A stretch of 63,504 nucleotides of DNA, counting the filler, from Chiloscyllium plagiosum (taxonomy: Eukaryota): NCBI RefSeq assembly GCF_004010195.1. It is 3 parts of one record of this genome, joined end to end, with 100 filler letters (N's around TTAATTAATTAA, not from the genome) between each part and the next. Parts side by side here need not be neighbours in the genome. Positions count along the whole stretch, not along the records: positions 28,168 to 45,738 come from NC_057714.1; positions 45,839 to 63,504 come from NC_057714.1; 1 more part is not named here. The stretch is one strand, 5' to 3'. The notes below the pieces were generated by a model. The model did no database searches, was not told the DNA's origin, and saw only the letters and a list, made by a program, of their open reading frames with translations. The position numbers and the translations under genes were made by a program. Each line of letters begins with the position of its first letter. Position 1 is the first letter of the stretch. Shown here one piece after another: positions 37,560-51,669 of this stretch.

Positions 37560-39129
37560 ACTATATATCAAGATTGTTAAAGGTCAAGTGAATTTTGCAG
37601 TTGGATTGGTCCATATATAATACAGAATTAAGTTCTTATGCAACATGTGAACTACAGTCCTACGTAATAATGAATCTTGTTCATTTTTAACAGAAAGTAA
37701 CATGAATAATAAATGGATAATTATATTATGGTAAAGGAAAATGGTGTAAATAAAATTCAAACTAAATGAAGAGGGTGATAAGCCATCTGGTGAAGGACAT
37801 ATGAGAAGGACAAAGGGTCAAACAGTGTATCAACGTTAATCTTTTAAGAAGCAATTGAATGTTTCCATCAGTTCTTTTGGATATTAATGCCCTCCATCTC
37901 AACCTTACTCAACTGAGCTCTCAACTGAATTTCAGGAGCACATGCTATGAGGGGTGGGGGTGGATTTGAACTTGCACACGGAGCTGTGTTGTTGAATGGG
38001 TACCTGGTTATACGGACTGGAATTGCTGGTGCATCAGGAACCTGGAAACAAGCTGCTGGTTTCTGCCTTTAATCTCATCGTGTCTGCTGTGTGCATGAAA
38101 CCTATTGTGGGAGAGACAAGAGCATTACAAAAAGACCTCCTTTTCAGATGTCTGATGTCCATACTTAAATGGGTCGGTGTGGGTTTCTTGGGCTTGGTGA
38201 TACAAGCCCGAGAAAGTGTGATGTGAGCACTGCGGTGTTTTAGGGGCCAAGGAAAAAGCAGGTAATCCTTTACATACTGAGAATTAGCACCTGCCTCCTT
38301 GCCTTAACAAAAGATCGATTGCAGAGGATTTATACTAAGAACATATTTTGTCTTGTGAGGTCAAGCTGACTACTTTAATCCATTGCTTTTGATCTGCATT
38401 TTCCTGCCACTAAACATCCATTCAGCTGCTTACTCAGTTTTCCTATGGACCTCTGACACAGAAGATGAGCTGTAGTAACAGAAGCAGCAGCAGCATTCCC
38501 CTCTGCTGCACTAGCTGAGAAGGTAATAAAAGCTGATGGCCCACAGTACAGAGCTTCCTGGACACGGCTGAGCACTCGTGTCTCTGAAAGTGCAGGGTTT
38601 TCAAATCAGGTGGTTGCTGATATGTGTAGCCTTCTGCAAAGAAACCTCCTGAGTGAATCCAACAGGCACTCAAGCTTATCAAAATCACTACCACCTTCAA
38701 TTTCTCAACCTCTGGTTCTTTCCAGCGATCAGAATGCGATCTTTACTGAATCTCATAGCCGATTTCCATTGGCCTATTTACATGGGCTGGCACTTCTGAA
38801 TGGATATGGCCATTCAGAATGTGTAGGACGATGCCTTTTCAGTTCTGAACAGCTTTCCGCAGATCAACAGCGTCAATGATGGCACTCCAGCAGCAGTCAA
38901 AGTGCCCCAAAACCACTTCCACTACATAACTGTTTCGTCTTGCCTAGAACGACAAAGTTATCAGAAACAAAAGACAGGAATTGCTCGAAAGGCTCAGCAG
39001 TCCTGGCAGCATCTGAGGAGAGAAATCAGAGTATAGCTTCATGTCCTTCCTCAGATGTAAGCTATCATTGTGTTTATCGTGGGAAGATTCCCAGACAGCT
39101 TCCAAAACCCTTTCCTCCCATCCCTGAGG

Positions 39130-39730
39130 TCTTCACACCTCAAAATAGAGTTGCAGGATTTTGACCCAGTGACAGTAACAGAATGGCATATATTTCCAAG
39201 TCAAGATGGTGAGGGGAACTTGAAGGTGGAGGTGTTCCCATGTATCTGCCTCCCTTGCCTTCTAGATGGAAGTGGTCATGGGTTTTGGAAGGTGCTATCT
39301 AAGGACCTTTGGTGAATTTCTGCAGCGCATCTTGTAGATAGTACACACTGCTGCTACGGAGCGTTGGTGGTGGGGGGAGTGGATCTTGTGGATGTAGTGC
39401 CTATTAAGTAGGTGCTTTGTCCTGGATGGTGTTGAATTTCTTGATTATTATTGAAGCTGGACTCTTGATGTGTGCATTGTAGATGGCAGACGAGCTTTGG
39501 GGGAAGTCAGAAAGTGAATTATTCACTGCTGGATTCCTCGCCACTGACCTGTTTTTGTAGCCACATTATTTATATGACTAGTCTAATTTAGTTTCTGGTC
39601 AACAGTCATTCCCAGGTTGTTGGTAGTAGAGGATTCAGCAGCAGCAATGCCATTGAATGTCAAGGTGTGATGGTTAGATTCTCTCTTATTGGAGATGGTC
39701 TTTGCCTGGCACTTGCGTGGCATAAATGTT
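39130..39730 (-). mobile_element. Old CR1-group LINE (second family)
   Basis: Homologous to 52620-53370 and 53870-54170. Confidence 0.7.
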
Positions 39731-41803
39731 AGTTTGTAATTGTATTTCCCAATATTAATGAAGGTAAAGCACACCTATTCGGATGGAGATGCAAAGCGAT
39801 GTCTGGACACGGGGTCATTGGTGCATCTGCAAAGTCAGGAGTGATTTGAAAGGCTTGGAAAAGTAAAATGATGGACGCTTTGGGTAAAAAGCACATTAGG
39901 ATAACATAGTGCGCAGCTTTCATACATTTATTGTGCGGTCAAACCTCTTCCAGTATTGTGTCCAGAAATTTGGCACCACGTTCCCACTACTGGCCTCCTC
40001 AGCAATGCCCAACTCTACATTCTCCCTCTTTATTACAAGGAAACAGAATATCCCCGGAAGTACTTACATGCCTGAGTCCCATCTCTAGGCAGGCATCGAT
40101 GAGGTGTGGTGCTGCCCTGCAATTTTGCAACTGGAGCATTTTCTGGCTCCATTTAAACATCTGTACAATGTTCCACATCTCACCCTGAGGGACCCTTTCA
40201 ACAGTTAAACTGAACCAAACTGCTGAGGAGATGACCATCAGCCACTCTTGTGCTAATTGGTTGGGGAAACATGCAAGTGAGATCCAAGTTGAGCTCTGGA
40301 CATCTGCAAGTAACCTGAATCTGCCTCCAAGTAAACTATAAGGCTCACAGCTAAATTGTAGTTTGTGCAAGGAGAGCTTAAACATTTTAATGTTATTGCT
40401 GTGACATTTAGAAGATTGACAGGAGGAAAAATGCAACTGGAAGCATGGAAGGAAACGGAACACCCGATTTCCAGGGGGAGCCTGACTGTGTCTTTTTGCA
40501 TCGTCTTCACTGAAAGAAATTAAATAATGCCATCTGACTCAATAGTTCCTTGCTGTTGTTTTGTTTTGCTGTATATGAAAAGCTTTGGTCAATCCTATGT
40601 TTCATGTTATATTTACACCTTGCTACATACATGCTGGCTTATACTGCTTAGTTGTAGAATGTCGCAACATAGAAACAGACCACTGGTTCATCAAATTTTA
40701 ACGATTTCTTATATGCGCCCCATTGTCCAATCCCTCTCCTCACAACCACTGCTTGTTCTGCATATCCCTTAACCTTCACACAAATAATGGCTTCTCTTCT
40801 GAAAAAGAATTATCGTCTCTGCCTGAGCAGTTGGTTTTTGGTAATGAATTCCATTTTCAAATCATCTTCTGAGCAAACAAAGGCATCCCAATTTCTTTTA
40901 GTTTCAGATTACCTTAAATGATGACCCTCATGCCCCAGTATTGACTTGCTGACAAGTGAATGTTACCTGACATTGTGCAAGGTTGAGCCGCCTCTGCATA
41001 ACTTTCACATCTATCGAAGCAACCAGTGACACTACTGTCCCATCTCCACCCACCCACCCAACGGACTCTTTCATAGCCCTCACCAAATTTAATGCCCACC
41101 CCAATCCACCCCTACTCAATCTAGGTCCGTCAATGGCTCAGTCACATTTTTCCATTTGTAATGCTTATTCTCCTAAAGAAGGAAAATAAAATAAATGCAT
41201 TTATAAGCATCATGAGATGCCTCATAATTGTTCAGAAAAGTGTTTCATATAATGAGGGTGAGAAGTGATAGCACGCACAACTTGCATTTTCAAGGAGCTG
41301 ATGAATATCGATTTGTAACTAGTATTAAGAACCACAGCGTACTGGCACTTAATTTAAACAAATTCCGCAGACACCATTCCTCAATATTTTCCAATTGTCT
41401 GCTAATATCAGCATTGACAGTCCAGGTTGAAAATAGATTAAATATTTTAGCTGTCAAGCGTAAGAGTGAATTATTGATGCGCTAATCTCTTAATATCCTA
41501 TTCAAGAAAGATGATCATTTGACCATCTATCTCCTGCTTGGAAAGAATTTCATTCATTGTCAACCTGAATTGATTGTTCTAAATGAATCCTTTTATCAGA
41601 TACTGCCCAACTGCTTTTGACAGTCTGAAACTCTCCTGTTTGCATCACAAATAGAACATTGAAGCCTCCATTACCAAGAACAATCTTTCCCAAGTTGGAC
41701 CTTGCGCCTTCATCTGAGCTACCAAGCCCGAGTTGAGGGTTAATCTGTTGATGGATCTGCTGCCCATGTTCGGACCAAGCCTGTAATAAGGCTGCTGCTT
41801 GAT

Positions 41804-41925
41804 TGTGGAGGTGCCAGTGTTGGACTGGGGTGGACAAGAGTAGAAGTCACACAACACCAGGTTATAGTCCAACGGTTATTTGAAAAAACAAGCTTTTGGG
41901 GCGCTGCTCCTTCATCAGGTGAAAT
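41804..41925 (-). mobile_element. PLE family B terminus
   Basis: Same terminus as 15158-15270; CTTGAT direct repeats at 41798 and 41928. Confidence 0.8.
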
Positions 41926-41998
41926 CACTTGATCAAAGATCAAATTACTCTAATTCACTGGTTGTTTCTCCTGTGTTCACTTTTAGAAAAATCACCGT

Positions 41999-42316
41999 GA
42001 GTGGCACGGTGGCACAGTGGTTAACACTGCTGCCTCACGGCGCCAGAGACCTGGGTTCAATTCCCGCCTCAGGCGACTGACTGTGTGGAGTTTGCACATT
42101 CTCCCCGTGTCTGCGTGGGTTTCCTCTGGGTGCTCCGGTTTCCTCCCACAGTCACAAAGATGTGCAGGCCAGGTGAATTGGCCATGCTAAATTGCCCGTA
42201 GTGTTGGGTAAGGGGTAAATGTAGGGGTATGGGTGGGTTACGCTTCGGCGGGTCGGTGTGGACTTGTTGGGCCGAAGGGCCTGTTTCCACACTGTAATGT
42301 AATCTAATCTAATCTA
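41999..42316 (+). mobile_element. Young HE1-type SINE, full length
   Basis: A and B boxes, (AATCT)n tail, AAAAATCA direct repeats. Confidence 0.93.
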
Positions 42317-42504
42317 AAAAAAAATCAGGAGATAGTTGGACAAAAGATCATCTTTCTTGGATAGGATATTTAGAGTTTATCACATCAAAAAGTCACTCTA
42401 GTGACAAAATGGTAGACAGCACACAACAAAGTAATTTGGTCCATTGAGTCTGTTTATGGCTCTCCTGACCAAATAAAAGTGAATGACTTTATGACACCTT
42501 GACA

Positions 42505-43830
42505 TCTAAGAACATAGGAACTAGCAGCAGGAGTAGGCCATCTGGCCCCTCGAATCTGCTCTGTCATTCAATAGGATCGTGGCTGATCTTCCTCATGGAC
42601 TGAGCTCCACTTACCTGCCTGCTCACAATAACCTTTAATTACTGTTCAAAAATCTATCTATCTTTGCCTTGAAAATATTCAGCGAGGTCGTCTCAACTGG
42701 TCAAGGAATTCTACAGGTTCACAATCCTTTAGGTGAAAAATTCCTCCTCAGCTCAGTCTTAACCCTGCTCTTTGAGGTAATGTCTCCTAGTTCTAGTTTC
42801 ACCCACCAGTGAAAGCAACCTCCCGGCTTCTATCTGGAAACAACAAATGCTGGAGATCACAGTGGGTCAGAAAGTATCCATGGAGAGAGAGCAAGCTAAC
42901 CTTTCGGATCGGGATGACTCTTCATCAGAGCTGACATGAAGTGTGAAGGGGGCAGCATTTATGCAATACTTCAGGCGGGGTTGGTGTTGGGTGAGTGGGT
43001 AGAGGGTGCTGGGGGAGGAAAGGTATTGATGGTTCAGATTAAGTGATCGGAACTTGAGAATGGTATGTCTTAACGACCAGCCTTGAAAGGACAAATGATC
43101 CCATTGGGATGGGGAGAGGGGAGAGAGGACATGATAACAGAATGTAACAAGCTAAAAGAGAGGGAAGAAATGGAAGCTGGTTCACAAGGTGAAGGTGTTA
43201 AACTCAATATTATTTCCAGAATGTTGTAAAGTGCCCAGTCTAAAGATGAGATGTTGCTCCTTAAGTTTGCGCTGTGATTCACTGGAATACTACAGCATGC
43301 TTAGGCCAGACACGTGGGCATGGGAGCAGGACGCTGTGTTAAAATGACCAGCTACAGGGGAAGGTCGGGGTCCCTCTTTCTATCTTACCTATTCCTTTCA
43401 TACTTTTACGTGCTTCTATAAGATCACATCTCATTCTTCTAAATTCCAGTAACTACAGTCCTGCTCTACTCAATCTCTCCTCATAAACCAACCCTATTAA
43501 CTCCAGAATCAACCCAGTGAACCTCCTCTGCACCCCCTCCAGTGCCAGTACATCCTTTCATAGGTAAGGAGACCAAAATTGTACACAGTACTCCAGGTAT
43601 GGCTTCACCAGCACCCTATACAGCTGCAGCACTACCTCCCTGCTTTTAAACTCCATCCCTCGAGCAATGAAGGATGAATATTCCATTTGCCTTCTTAATT
43701 ACCTGCTGCACCTGCAAACCAACTTTTTGTGATTCATGCACAAAGACCCCCAGGTTCCTCTGCACAGCATCATGCTGCAATTTTTCACCATTTAAATAAT
43801 AGTTCATTTTGCTGTTATTCCTACCCTTCT
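42505..43830 (-). mobile_element. CR1-group LINE interrupted by a PLE
   Basis: [34 protein letters not shown]; tail near 42510. Confidence 0.85.
42836..43377 (-). mobile_element. Penelope-like element 3' fragment (GIY-YIG C-terminus plus family D-like terminus)
   Basis: Minus strand gives VAGHFNTASCSHAH..RKLKEQHLIFRLGTLQH..NIEFN and a CTGATGAAGAGTC..CGAAA motif near 42900-42928. TSD TTCTATCT at 42828-42835 and 43378-43385. Confidence 0.82.
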
Positions 43831-43982
43831 GCATTTGCAAAGTGTCTAGATCTTCCCTTTATCCTTCTTGGAGATAGATCATTATGCAATAATAAAAGAT
43901 ACTAATTCGCAATATAACATAGATTAGAATCACTCTTGTCTACACTGTCACACAGATTCACAATCTACCCCAATGCATCATT

Positions 43983-44078
43983 AACTACCTGATGAAGGAG
44001 CAGCGCTCCAAAAGCTTATCTTTCCAAATGAACTTATTGGACTATAACCTGGTGTTGTATGATTTTTAACCTTGTACA
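43983..44078 (+). mobile_element. PLE family B terminus
   Basis: CTGATGAAGGAGCAGCGCTCCAAAAGCT..GGACTATAACCTGGTGTTG. Confidence 0.8.
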
Positions 44079-45104
44079 TATAATGAGTAAATGATAAGTC
44101 TGTGTTCAACTTTAACAAGGTGGAACTGTGCACTGTACAGCCCAAACTCTTATCTTTATAACAGCAAATGAAAAATATTCAGCTGGGAAAGAATGCCTTC
44201 ATATAAGTAATGGGTGAGTTTTTATTCTTTCATGGGGTACAAGCATTGCTGGCAAGGCCAGTGTTGATTGCTCATCCCTAATTGTCCTTGAGAATGCTCA
44301 CGTCTCATGGAAGAATTAAAAAGAACTTTGGTTATTTGATATAGATGTACAGCCTTGACAGTTCTAATATTCTGATGTTAAAATATGAAGAACAGATACA
44401 TAAGCTGCAAAAGCACATTTTATTAGCAGGAAGATTGTTACACTAATCTCTTCCTTCAGGTTTTTATCATGAAAGAACTTAAAAGGATCTTTCAAGTTCG
44501 TGCACAAATTGGAAAGTCTCCTTCATGGTGCTGCTGTGCCGGTGGAGCCGAATGCATTAGATTGTAAACATTATTTTTCATTATTGGAAGCAGCAAAGAA
44601 TAATGAAGCCTTATGATGGCATACTGTCAGTTCAAAAGTCTCCAGTCACCCACAATCCTGACTGATTATTGCACATCGCCTCTCATAATGAATACAAAAA
44701 CTAACCTAATTCCCGAGTTGCTGATTTTCCAGTGCAAATTCAAAATTATCTAATTTGCACAGCACTTTTTTAAATAAACAGATGGGATGAAATAATTGTG
44801 CATTGCCTATAACTAGCTATTGCAATTTCTTGTTATTTCTGGAGAAGTAGAATTTATCTGGTCATCAAGAGACACATTACACGAAGACGTAATCAGCATC
44901 ATTGTCTGTCTGACCATGTTATGGAGACAGACCCATACAAATTTATCTCTGTTGTGCAGTCCCAGCCAGGATACAAGGGACATCTTTTAGTCTGAGATGT
45001 GATTGATTCCTTTGTCATTTTCAAGCCTCCACTTCCTCTGTTGTAGTCTTTTGTTACTTTTTCAGTGCAAATTTGCAAAGTTTTCCTTGAAAAAACGTAT
45101 ACAG

Positions 45105-45738
45105 TTCCACACACGGGTACTCATACATGGACACACAGACAGCACATACGCACACACACATGGACACACAGACACGCAGATACACGGACAGCATATACAC
45201 ACACACACATGGACACACAGACACACGGACAGCACATACACACACACACAGCACACACAGACACACAGACACATGGACAGCACATGCACACACAGACACA
45301 TGGACAGCACATACACACACAGCACACAAGGACACACAGACACACGGACAGCAAATACAGACACACCATACACAGACACACAGACACACGGACAGCAAAT
45401 ATACACACAGCACACATAGACACATGGACAGCACATGCATACAAACTCACACATGGACACACAGACACACGAACAGCACTTACACACACAGCACACACGG
45501 ACACACAGACACATGGACAGCATGTACGCACACAGCACACACGGACAGCACAAACACACACATGGGCATACAGACACACGGACAGCGCATACACACACAA
45601 CACACACGGACACACAGACACACGGACAGCACATACACACACTCACACACAGCACACACGGACACACAGACACATGGACAGTACATGCACACACAGACAC
45701 ATGGACAGCACATACACACACAGTACACAAGGACACAC
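45105..45738. repeat. Complex CA-rich satellite (GGACACACAGACACA[C/T]GGACAGCACATACACACA units)
   Basis: Directly visible. It generates the spurious His/Thr-rich and Cys/Val-rich ORFs. Confidence 0.95.
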
Positions 45739-45838
45739 NNNNNNNNNNNNNNNNNNNNNNNNNNNNNNNNNNNNNNNNNNNNTTAATTAATTAANNNNNN
45801 NNNNNNNNNNNNNNNNNNNNNNNNNNNNNNNNNNNNNN
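45739..45838. other. Artificial 100-bp scaffold spacer
   Basis: 44 N + TTAATTAATTAA + 44 N. Confidence 0.95.
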
Positions 45839-46351
45839 CAAGAAAGAACCCACTGTACTCACTAATACAGCCTCTCTCTTGCATAGACTTAAAAAAAACA
45901 TTAACTTATCTGATTCTGTGCTGTGAACTTTGCCCAACAGTTCCTCCAAGATTAGTTGTGAATTTCACTGTTTGTTAATTTTCCCAGATGCACTCCGATG
46001 TCCAGCGATACATAAATTCAACAGCAAAGGCGGTAACTGTGGAGGTTCTCTCTCTCTCTCTCTCTCTCTCTCCTGCACTGTCCTCACCATGTGCTTCCTT
46101 TGTCTGCTCTACTCCCTTTTAAACTGCTGTTGTTTTGACTTTTTTTTCCAAAGTTCAAAAACAATGCAACAGCATATAAAACAGTAATTGCTGCTCCTGG
46201 AAATCACCTCCAGCACCTAAAATACCTCAAAAAAAAGGAGCAGCCTGTTACAGCCAGAAAGTTTTCCCATCCTCCATCTTGGATTACCCAGAATCATGTT
46301 TAGCACAACAGACAAGATGTTGTCAGGACCCATAATCTTCACTGAATCTAA

Positions 46352-49300
46352 TGTGATTGATTGATTTGTTGTTTTACTAACTTACTTACTTACAGTGTGG
46401 AAACAGGCCCTTCGGCCCAACAAGTCCACACTTCCCCACCGAAGCGCAACCCACCCAGACCCATTCCCCTACATTTACCTCTTCACCTAACACTACGGGC
46501 AATTTAGCATGGCCAATTCACCTAACCTGCACATATTTGGACTGTGGGAGGAAACCAGAGCACACAGAGGAAACCCACACAGACACTCGGAGAATGTGCA
46601 AACTCCACACAGTCAGTCATCTGGTACAGTGGAAAGTGTTGTTTTGTGTGCAATACAGGCAGATCGTACCATAAAAAGTACATCAGGGTAGCAGAACAGA
46701 GTGCAGACAACAGCATTACAGCCACAGTGAAGGTACAGAGAGAGTGAAGTTGGAATTAACATTTGAGATGTCCATTCAAAAGTCTGATCGCAGCGGGGAA
46801 GAAGCTGTTCTTGATTCTATTTGTACATGTATTCAAACTTCTATATCTTCTGCAACGGAAGAGTGTGGAAGAGAGTATAGCCGGATTGGGAGGGGCCTTT
46901 GATTATGTTGGTTGCTTTTCTGAGGCAGCTGGAAGTACAGATGGAGTCAATGGATGGAAGATTGCTTTGTGTGATGGCTTGGGCTGAGTACATGACTCTC
47001 TGTAGTTTTTTGTGGTCTTAGGAAGAGCAGTTGCCATATCACACTGTGATGCATCCAGATTGGATGTTTTCCATGGTGCATCTGTAAAAATTAGTAAGAG
47101 TCCTTGTGGACATGCTGTATTTCCTTAGCTTCCTAACGAAGTAGAGACGTTGTTGTACTTTCTTGACCATCACATCAATGTGGGTGGATAGACAGATTGT
47201 TGGTAATTATCACTCTCAGGAACTTGACTCTTTCGACCATCTCTAGCTCAGCATCATTGATGCAGAGAGGGGCATGCCCCCTACTCCGCTTCCTGAAGTT
47301 AATAACCAGCTCCTTTGCTTTGTTGACATTGAAGAAGAAATTGTTGTCTTTACACCATGTTACTAAGCACTCAGTATTCTGTCTCGTTGATGTTGAGATC
47401 GAACATACAATGGTGGTGTCATCAGCCAAATTGTAAGTGGAACTGGAGCAGAATATAGCCTCACTTTGTGAGAGTATGAGAACTACAGTAGGGAGCTGAG
47501 TACGCAGCCTTGCGGGGCACCAGTGTTGAGGATTATCGTGGGTGAGGTATTGTTGTCTATCCTTACTGATTGCAGTCTACTGGTCAGGAAGTCAAGGCTC
47601 CAGTTAGAGAGTGGGGAGCCAAGACCTAGGTCTCAGAGTTCAGCGGTGAGTTTGTTTGGAGTTATTGTGTTGAAGGTGGAGCTATTGTCAATAAATAGAA
47701 GCTGAGGTAGGTATCCATTTTATCCATGTGTTCTAGAGATGAGTGTAGGGCCAGGGAGATGGTATTTGCCACGGACCTGTTGTGACGGTAGGCGAATTGC
47801 AAAGGAGCAAAACAATCTGGTAGACTGAGCCATGACCAACCTTTCAAAGCACTTCATAATTATGGAGGTCAGAGCCACCGGGTGGTATTCACTGGGGCAC
47901 GCTGCATGATTCTTCTTTGACAACGGGATGATAGTGGTCTTCTTGAAGCAAGTGGGGCCTTCAGATCAAAGAAAGGAGAGGGTCAAGATATATGTGAATA
48001 CTGCCTCCAGCTGGTCCACACAGGATCTGAGTGCATGGCTGGGGACTAAATTCTTTGGCACACAACCTTCTATACACTTATTAAGTCCATAACAGTAGTG
48101 GTATACTTGTTTAGGATGACCACTGAGTTCTTGAATATGGGCCATTCCACCGACTCTAAGCAGCCCAGTAAAAGCCCTTCTGTAGCCTCAGACCAACACT
48201 GCACTATTTTCTGTCCTACGTGCTCACATTCTACTTGTAAGCTGGAAGGAGGAGCACAACATTGTGATCTAATTTTCCAAGGTGCAAATGGGGGATAGTG
48301 CAGTAGGCATCTTTGATGGTTGTGTAGCAATGGTCAAAGGATGTTTGGATGACTGGTGGGACGGAAGATGTGTTGATGGTATTTTGGTAACATCTTCCTG
48401 AATTTGGCCTAGTTGAAGTCACCAGCTATGATGAACAATACCTTAGGTTATTCTGTCTCAAGACTGTTTGCAATGTTGTATACTTCATCAAGTGCACTTT
48501 TCACAACCACATAGGGTGGGAGGTAGATTGCTGTCCGGATAGCAGAAGTGAACTCACAGGTAGTCGGGATGATATTTCATTGCAAGATATTTGAGGTCCG
48601 GGGATTAGTAAGTCATCAGGGTCGCCATGTCTGAGCACCCGGAGGTGTTGATTAGGAGGCAAACCCCAGCTTCCAGGCCTTGCCTATGGACACTGAGCGG
48701 TCCGTTCGGTGAACTGAGAAACCCACAGGCTGTAAGGCACAGTCACGTGTAGCAGGAGTGAGTCATGTCTCTGTAAAACAGAGCACACAGCAGTCTCTCA
48801 ATTTCCTTTGGAGGTGAGTCTAGCTTTAACTTCATGCAATTTGCTTTCGATGGCTTGGACATTTGCCAGGAACATGCTGGGGAGGGGAGACTTGGAACCC
48901 GGAAGTTTCAGTCTCACCTGAAGTCCAGCATGTCTCCCACTTTTCCTGGGTAGGTGGCAGATCCTAGTTGATCCTGGTCATAGTCAGTGAGGGAGGTCTG
49001 CTGCTCCGAGAGTTAAGTGTGTGCTCCCAATGGGGTCCTGGGCACCAGTCATGGCCTTGAGCATTCCAATGGGTTCTTGTGGCTGGTTCAGTCAGGTTGA
49101 TGTCAGGTCACCAAGGGATCAGGTCTTGTCCCAGCGCTGGTCAGGCTGCAGTTCTGGGTTTTCACGAGGTCGGGCAAGTCATGCCTGCACAAAGCCGGAA
49201 GATCTCTGGGCTTGTGGTTCCAGGGTTGGCAATGTCATTAGGTGAGACAACTGGTGGCCTGGGCACTAGTCTCATTCACAAGCGCAACAGGCATCTTGCA

Positions 49301-49623
49301 GTCAATCTGGTTGAGCCACTTCAATGTTGGGTCACCATGGGTCAGGTCTTTATCCCATGCTGTTCTGGGTTTCCATGAGGAGCTTAGGCTTGTGGGAAAC
49401 CAGTAGGCCCTTAGTTCCCGTGGGCTTGTGATTCCAACTCCATTAGTTGAGCTTTGTCGGTCATCGAAACTTTAAACCTGAAAGTAAATTTGAGAGAACA
49501 TTTTGAATCATTCTGATGGACTAAGAATTGAGGTTTAGAAGAACAGAACGATTATAAGATGTGAAAGAATAAGATCTGCTGTAGACACCTTGCAAAATGG
49601 CACCACACTCCGGTGCCATCTTG
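46352..49623 (-). mobile_element. Rex1/Babar-type LINE, near full length, degraded
   Basis: AP-endonuclease motif LPSMFLANVQAIESKL..DCCVLCFTET; RT motifs [36 protein letters not shown]. Starts CAAGATGGC and ends in a (TCAA)n tail. Confidence 0.85.
46378..46618 (-). mobile_element. HE1-type SINE, 5'-truncated, inserted in the Rex/Babar tail
   Basis: Reverse complement of the core and 3' part of 37139-37462. Confidence 0.88.
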
Positions 49624-49919
49624 AAAGAAAGCTTTGTGTTCAGCTATTTCTTGATATTTTGTTGAGTGAATCGAATTGGATGAAGATGGTCGTCTGTGAT
49701 ACAGGAAACCTCAGGATTATGCCAAGATAGATCATCCTGTCAGCAGTTCTGGGTGAAGATAGTTACAAACGCTTCAATCTTGCCTTGTGTGCTGATGTGG
49801 CTGGGTTCCCTGTCGAAGAGTGTGGTCATGCTCATAACTCTTCTCTGAAGGTAGCGTTCCCAAAGGAGGCCTCGTGAATAATCTATACATGGTTAAAGTA
49901 ATTTCTTCAATTTCATTGG

Positions 49920-50575
49920 ATTTGATTGATTGATTGATTTATTGTCACATGTACCAAAGTACAGTGAAAAGCTTTGTTTACGAGAAGTGGAGGCAGATCA
50001 TAGTAAGCAAGGATGTACAGATTAGAGTTTATAAAAAGACTTATACAGAGGTATATAGGTTACATTGCATAGGGCGTGCACTAGGCGAGATCGATGTTTG
50101 CAAGATCTGCATTATTTGAGGCTAGAGATTCCATTCATCAGTCTAGTAATAGCTGGGAAGAAACTGTTACTGAACCTGCTGGTGCATGTGTTCAGGCCTC
50201 TGTATCTTCTGCCTGATGGAAGAGGCTGTAGGAGATTATTACCAGGTTGCGATGGGACTTTGATGATGTTGGCAGCATTTCTGCAGCAGTGAGCTGAGTA
50301 AATGGAGTCCATGGTTGGAAGGTTGGCTTCTGTGATGGTCTGGGCTATGCACACCACCTTCTGTAATTTCTTCTGCTGCTGGGCAGAGCAGTTGCCATAC
50401 CAGGCCATTATGCACTCAGATAGTATGCTTTCAATGGTGCATCTGTAGAAGTTGGTGAGGGTCCTTATGGACATGCCTAATTTCCTGAGGCACCTGAGGA
50501 AGAAGAGGCAGTGTTGTGTCTGCTTGACCGTCGCACCTACGTGGGAATTCCAGGGCAGATTGTCGCTTCTCATCG
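49920..50575 (-). mobile_element. Rex1/Babar-type LINE 3' fragment
   Basis: LFFLRCLRKLGMS.RTLTNFYRCTIESILS.CI.AWYGNCS..LPSGRRYR..RFSNSFFPA; (TCAA)n tail. Confidence 0.88.
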
Positions 50576-51067
50576 CTTCGCAGATTTCTCCTCAGACATT
50601 GTCTAGTGCATGATTATTGATAACAGTTTTAGATTAAATTGTTTTAATGAACAATAAGGAAGTATTTCTAAATCCTTCACCTCTTCCCACATTTGTTCAT
50701 GCGTTTCCCTTAATTGTGTCGACGTTTCATGCTTTGATTATCAATGTGTAAAGATACAACCTTGAAAATGAAATACTTACTTGTGATGGAAAGGCAGTTC
50801 TGTGAGTCATTCTATTGCTGTTCACTGTACAGAGTGAAAGTCATTGTAAATTCAAGATTCATTCTGCTCAGTTCTCAATCTGACTGGCACCTATGCAGTC
50901 CCTAATGTCTTTCAGTAACAGCTTCGCAGCAATGGGCAGGAGCCCAGAGGATCAGCAACAGTAAGGTTGAAGAAGCTTTTATTTCCCAAACATGTTTACA
51001 ATTTCCCATATTTTGCTGATTCAAACCTGGTCCAAATAACACTTAAACAGTCAGAGAAAAGAACCAG

Positions 51068-51627
51068 TGTTATGGACAAGGTTAAACCCCTCAAAACCTC
51101 TTTAAGCAGGTAGCCCAGACCATAACTTTGCTATTTGTTTAGAGAGGTGTATAGTGGATAGTAAATTAGCTGGGTCGACAGCCAAGTTTTAAACAAACAA
51201 AATTTATTTGCAAAATTACGGAATGAAACACAAAGAGCAGAAAATAGAATATCCGATAACTTATCCTATCCAAATCCGACTTAATGATACTGTTCCAAAA
51301 ATACATGCAACAGTCCCAAGACACAGAGCCCTTAGCACAGAAGGTAAAATCAAACAAAGGATTACAGTTTGCCAGGAGAGAGAGCCTTTCTTTACACACA
51401 CACAACTGCTGAACTGAACCAAGCTGCCAGGACTGGCCACACCCCTTTCATTATACAAGTTATTTCTAAAACATGAAGGACTTTGGCCTGAGGTATCATC
51501 TGTTTCGGGGTAAATGAAAAGGGCCCCAATAAACCATTCATCTCTGCATCAACTCAGCTGCTTTCCGCCCCCTCTGGAAAAACTCAAGGACACAGTAACT
51601 TGGAGAAAAAAGACCAGCTTTGTGACA
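51068..51627 (-). mobile_element. Solo LTR (older), related to 54746-55410
   Basis: TGTTA..TGACA termini, colinear homology with 54746-55410, AATAAA on minus strand; TSD not clean. Confidence 0.65.
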
Positions 51628-51669
51628 CTACTCAGGATTGCACACTGGCAGGCTTTGTTGCTTCCTGTA

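Noticed and set aside
37131..37565. Apparent HE1 SINE-PLE chimera flanked by TACTATA
   Set aside because: Better explained as a SINE inserted into the left TSD (TACTATATATC) of a pre-existing PLE terminus.
37996..38879. Cluster of 66-89 aa ORFs in non-repetitive-looking sequence
   Set aside because: No recognisable domain, overlapping ORFs on both strands, no convincing splice structure.
39999..40463. 154-aa ORF on the minus strand
   Set aside because: Non-ATG start and no recognisable motif; compatible with chance.
45003..45794. Long His/Thr-rich and Cys/Val-rich ORFs (also 12442-12747)
   Set aside because: Translations of CA/TG microsatellite, open on both strands.
50112..50573. 153-aa ORF that could be mistaken for a host gene
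   Set aside because: It is the C-terminal region of a Rex1/Babar LINE ORF, followed by the element tail.
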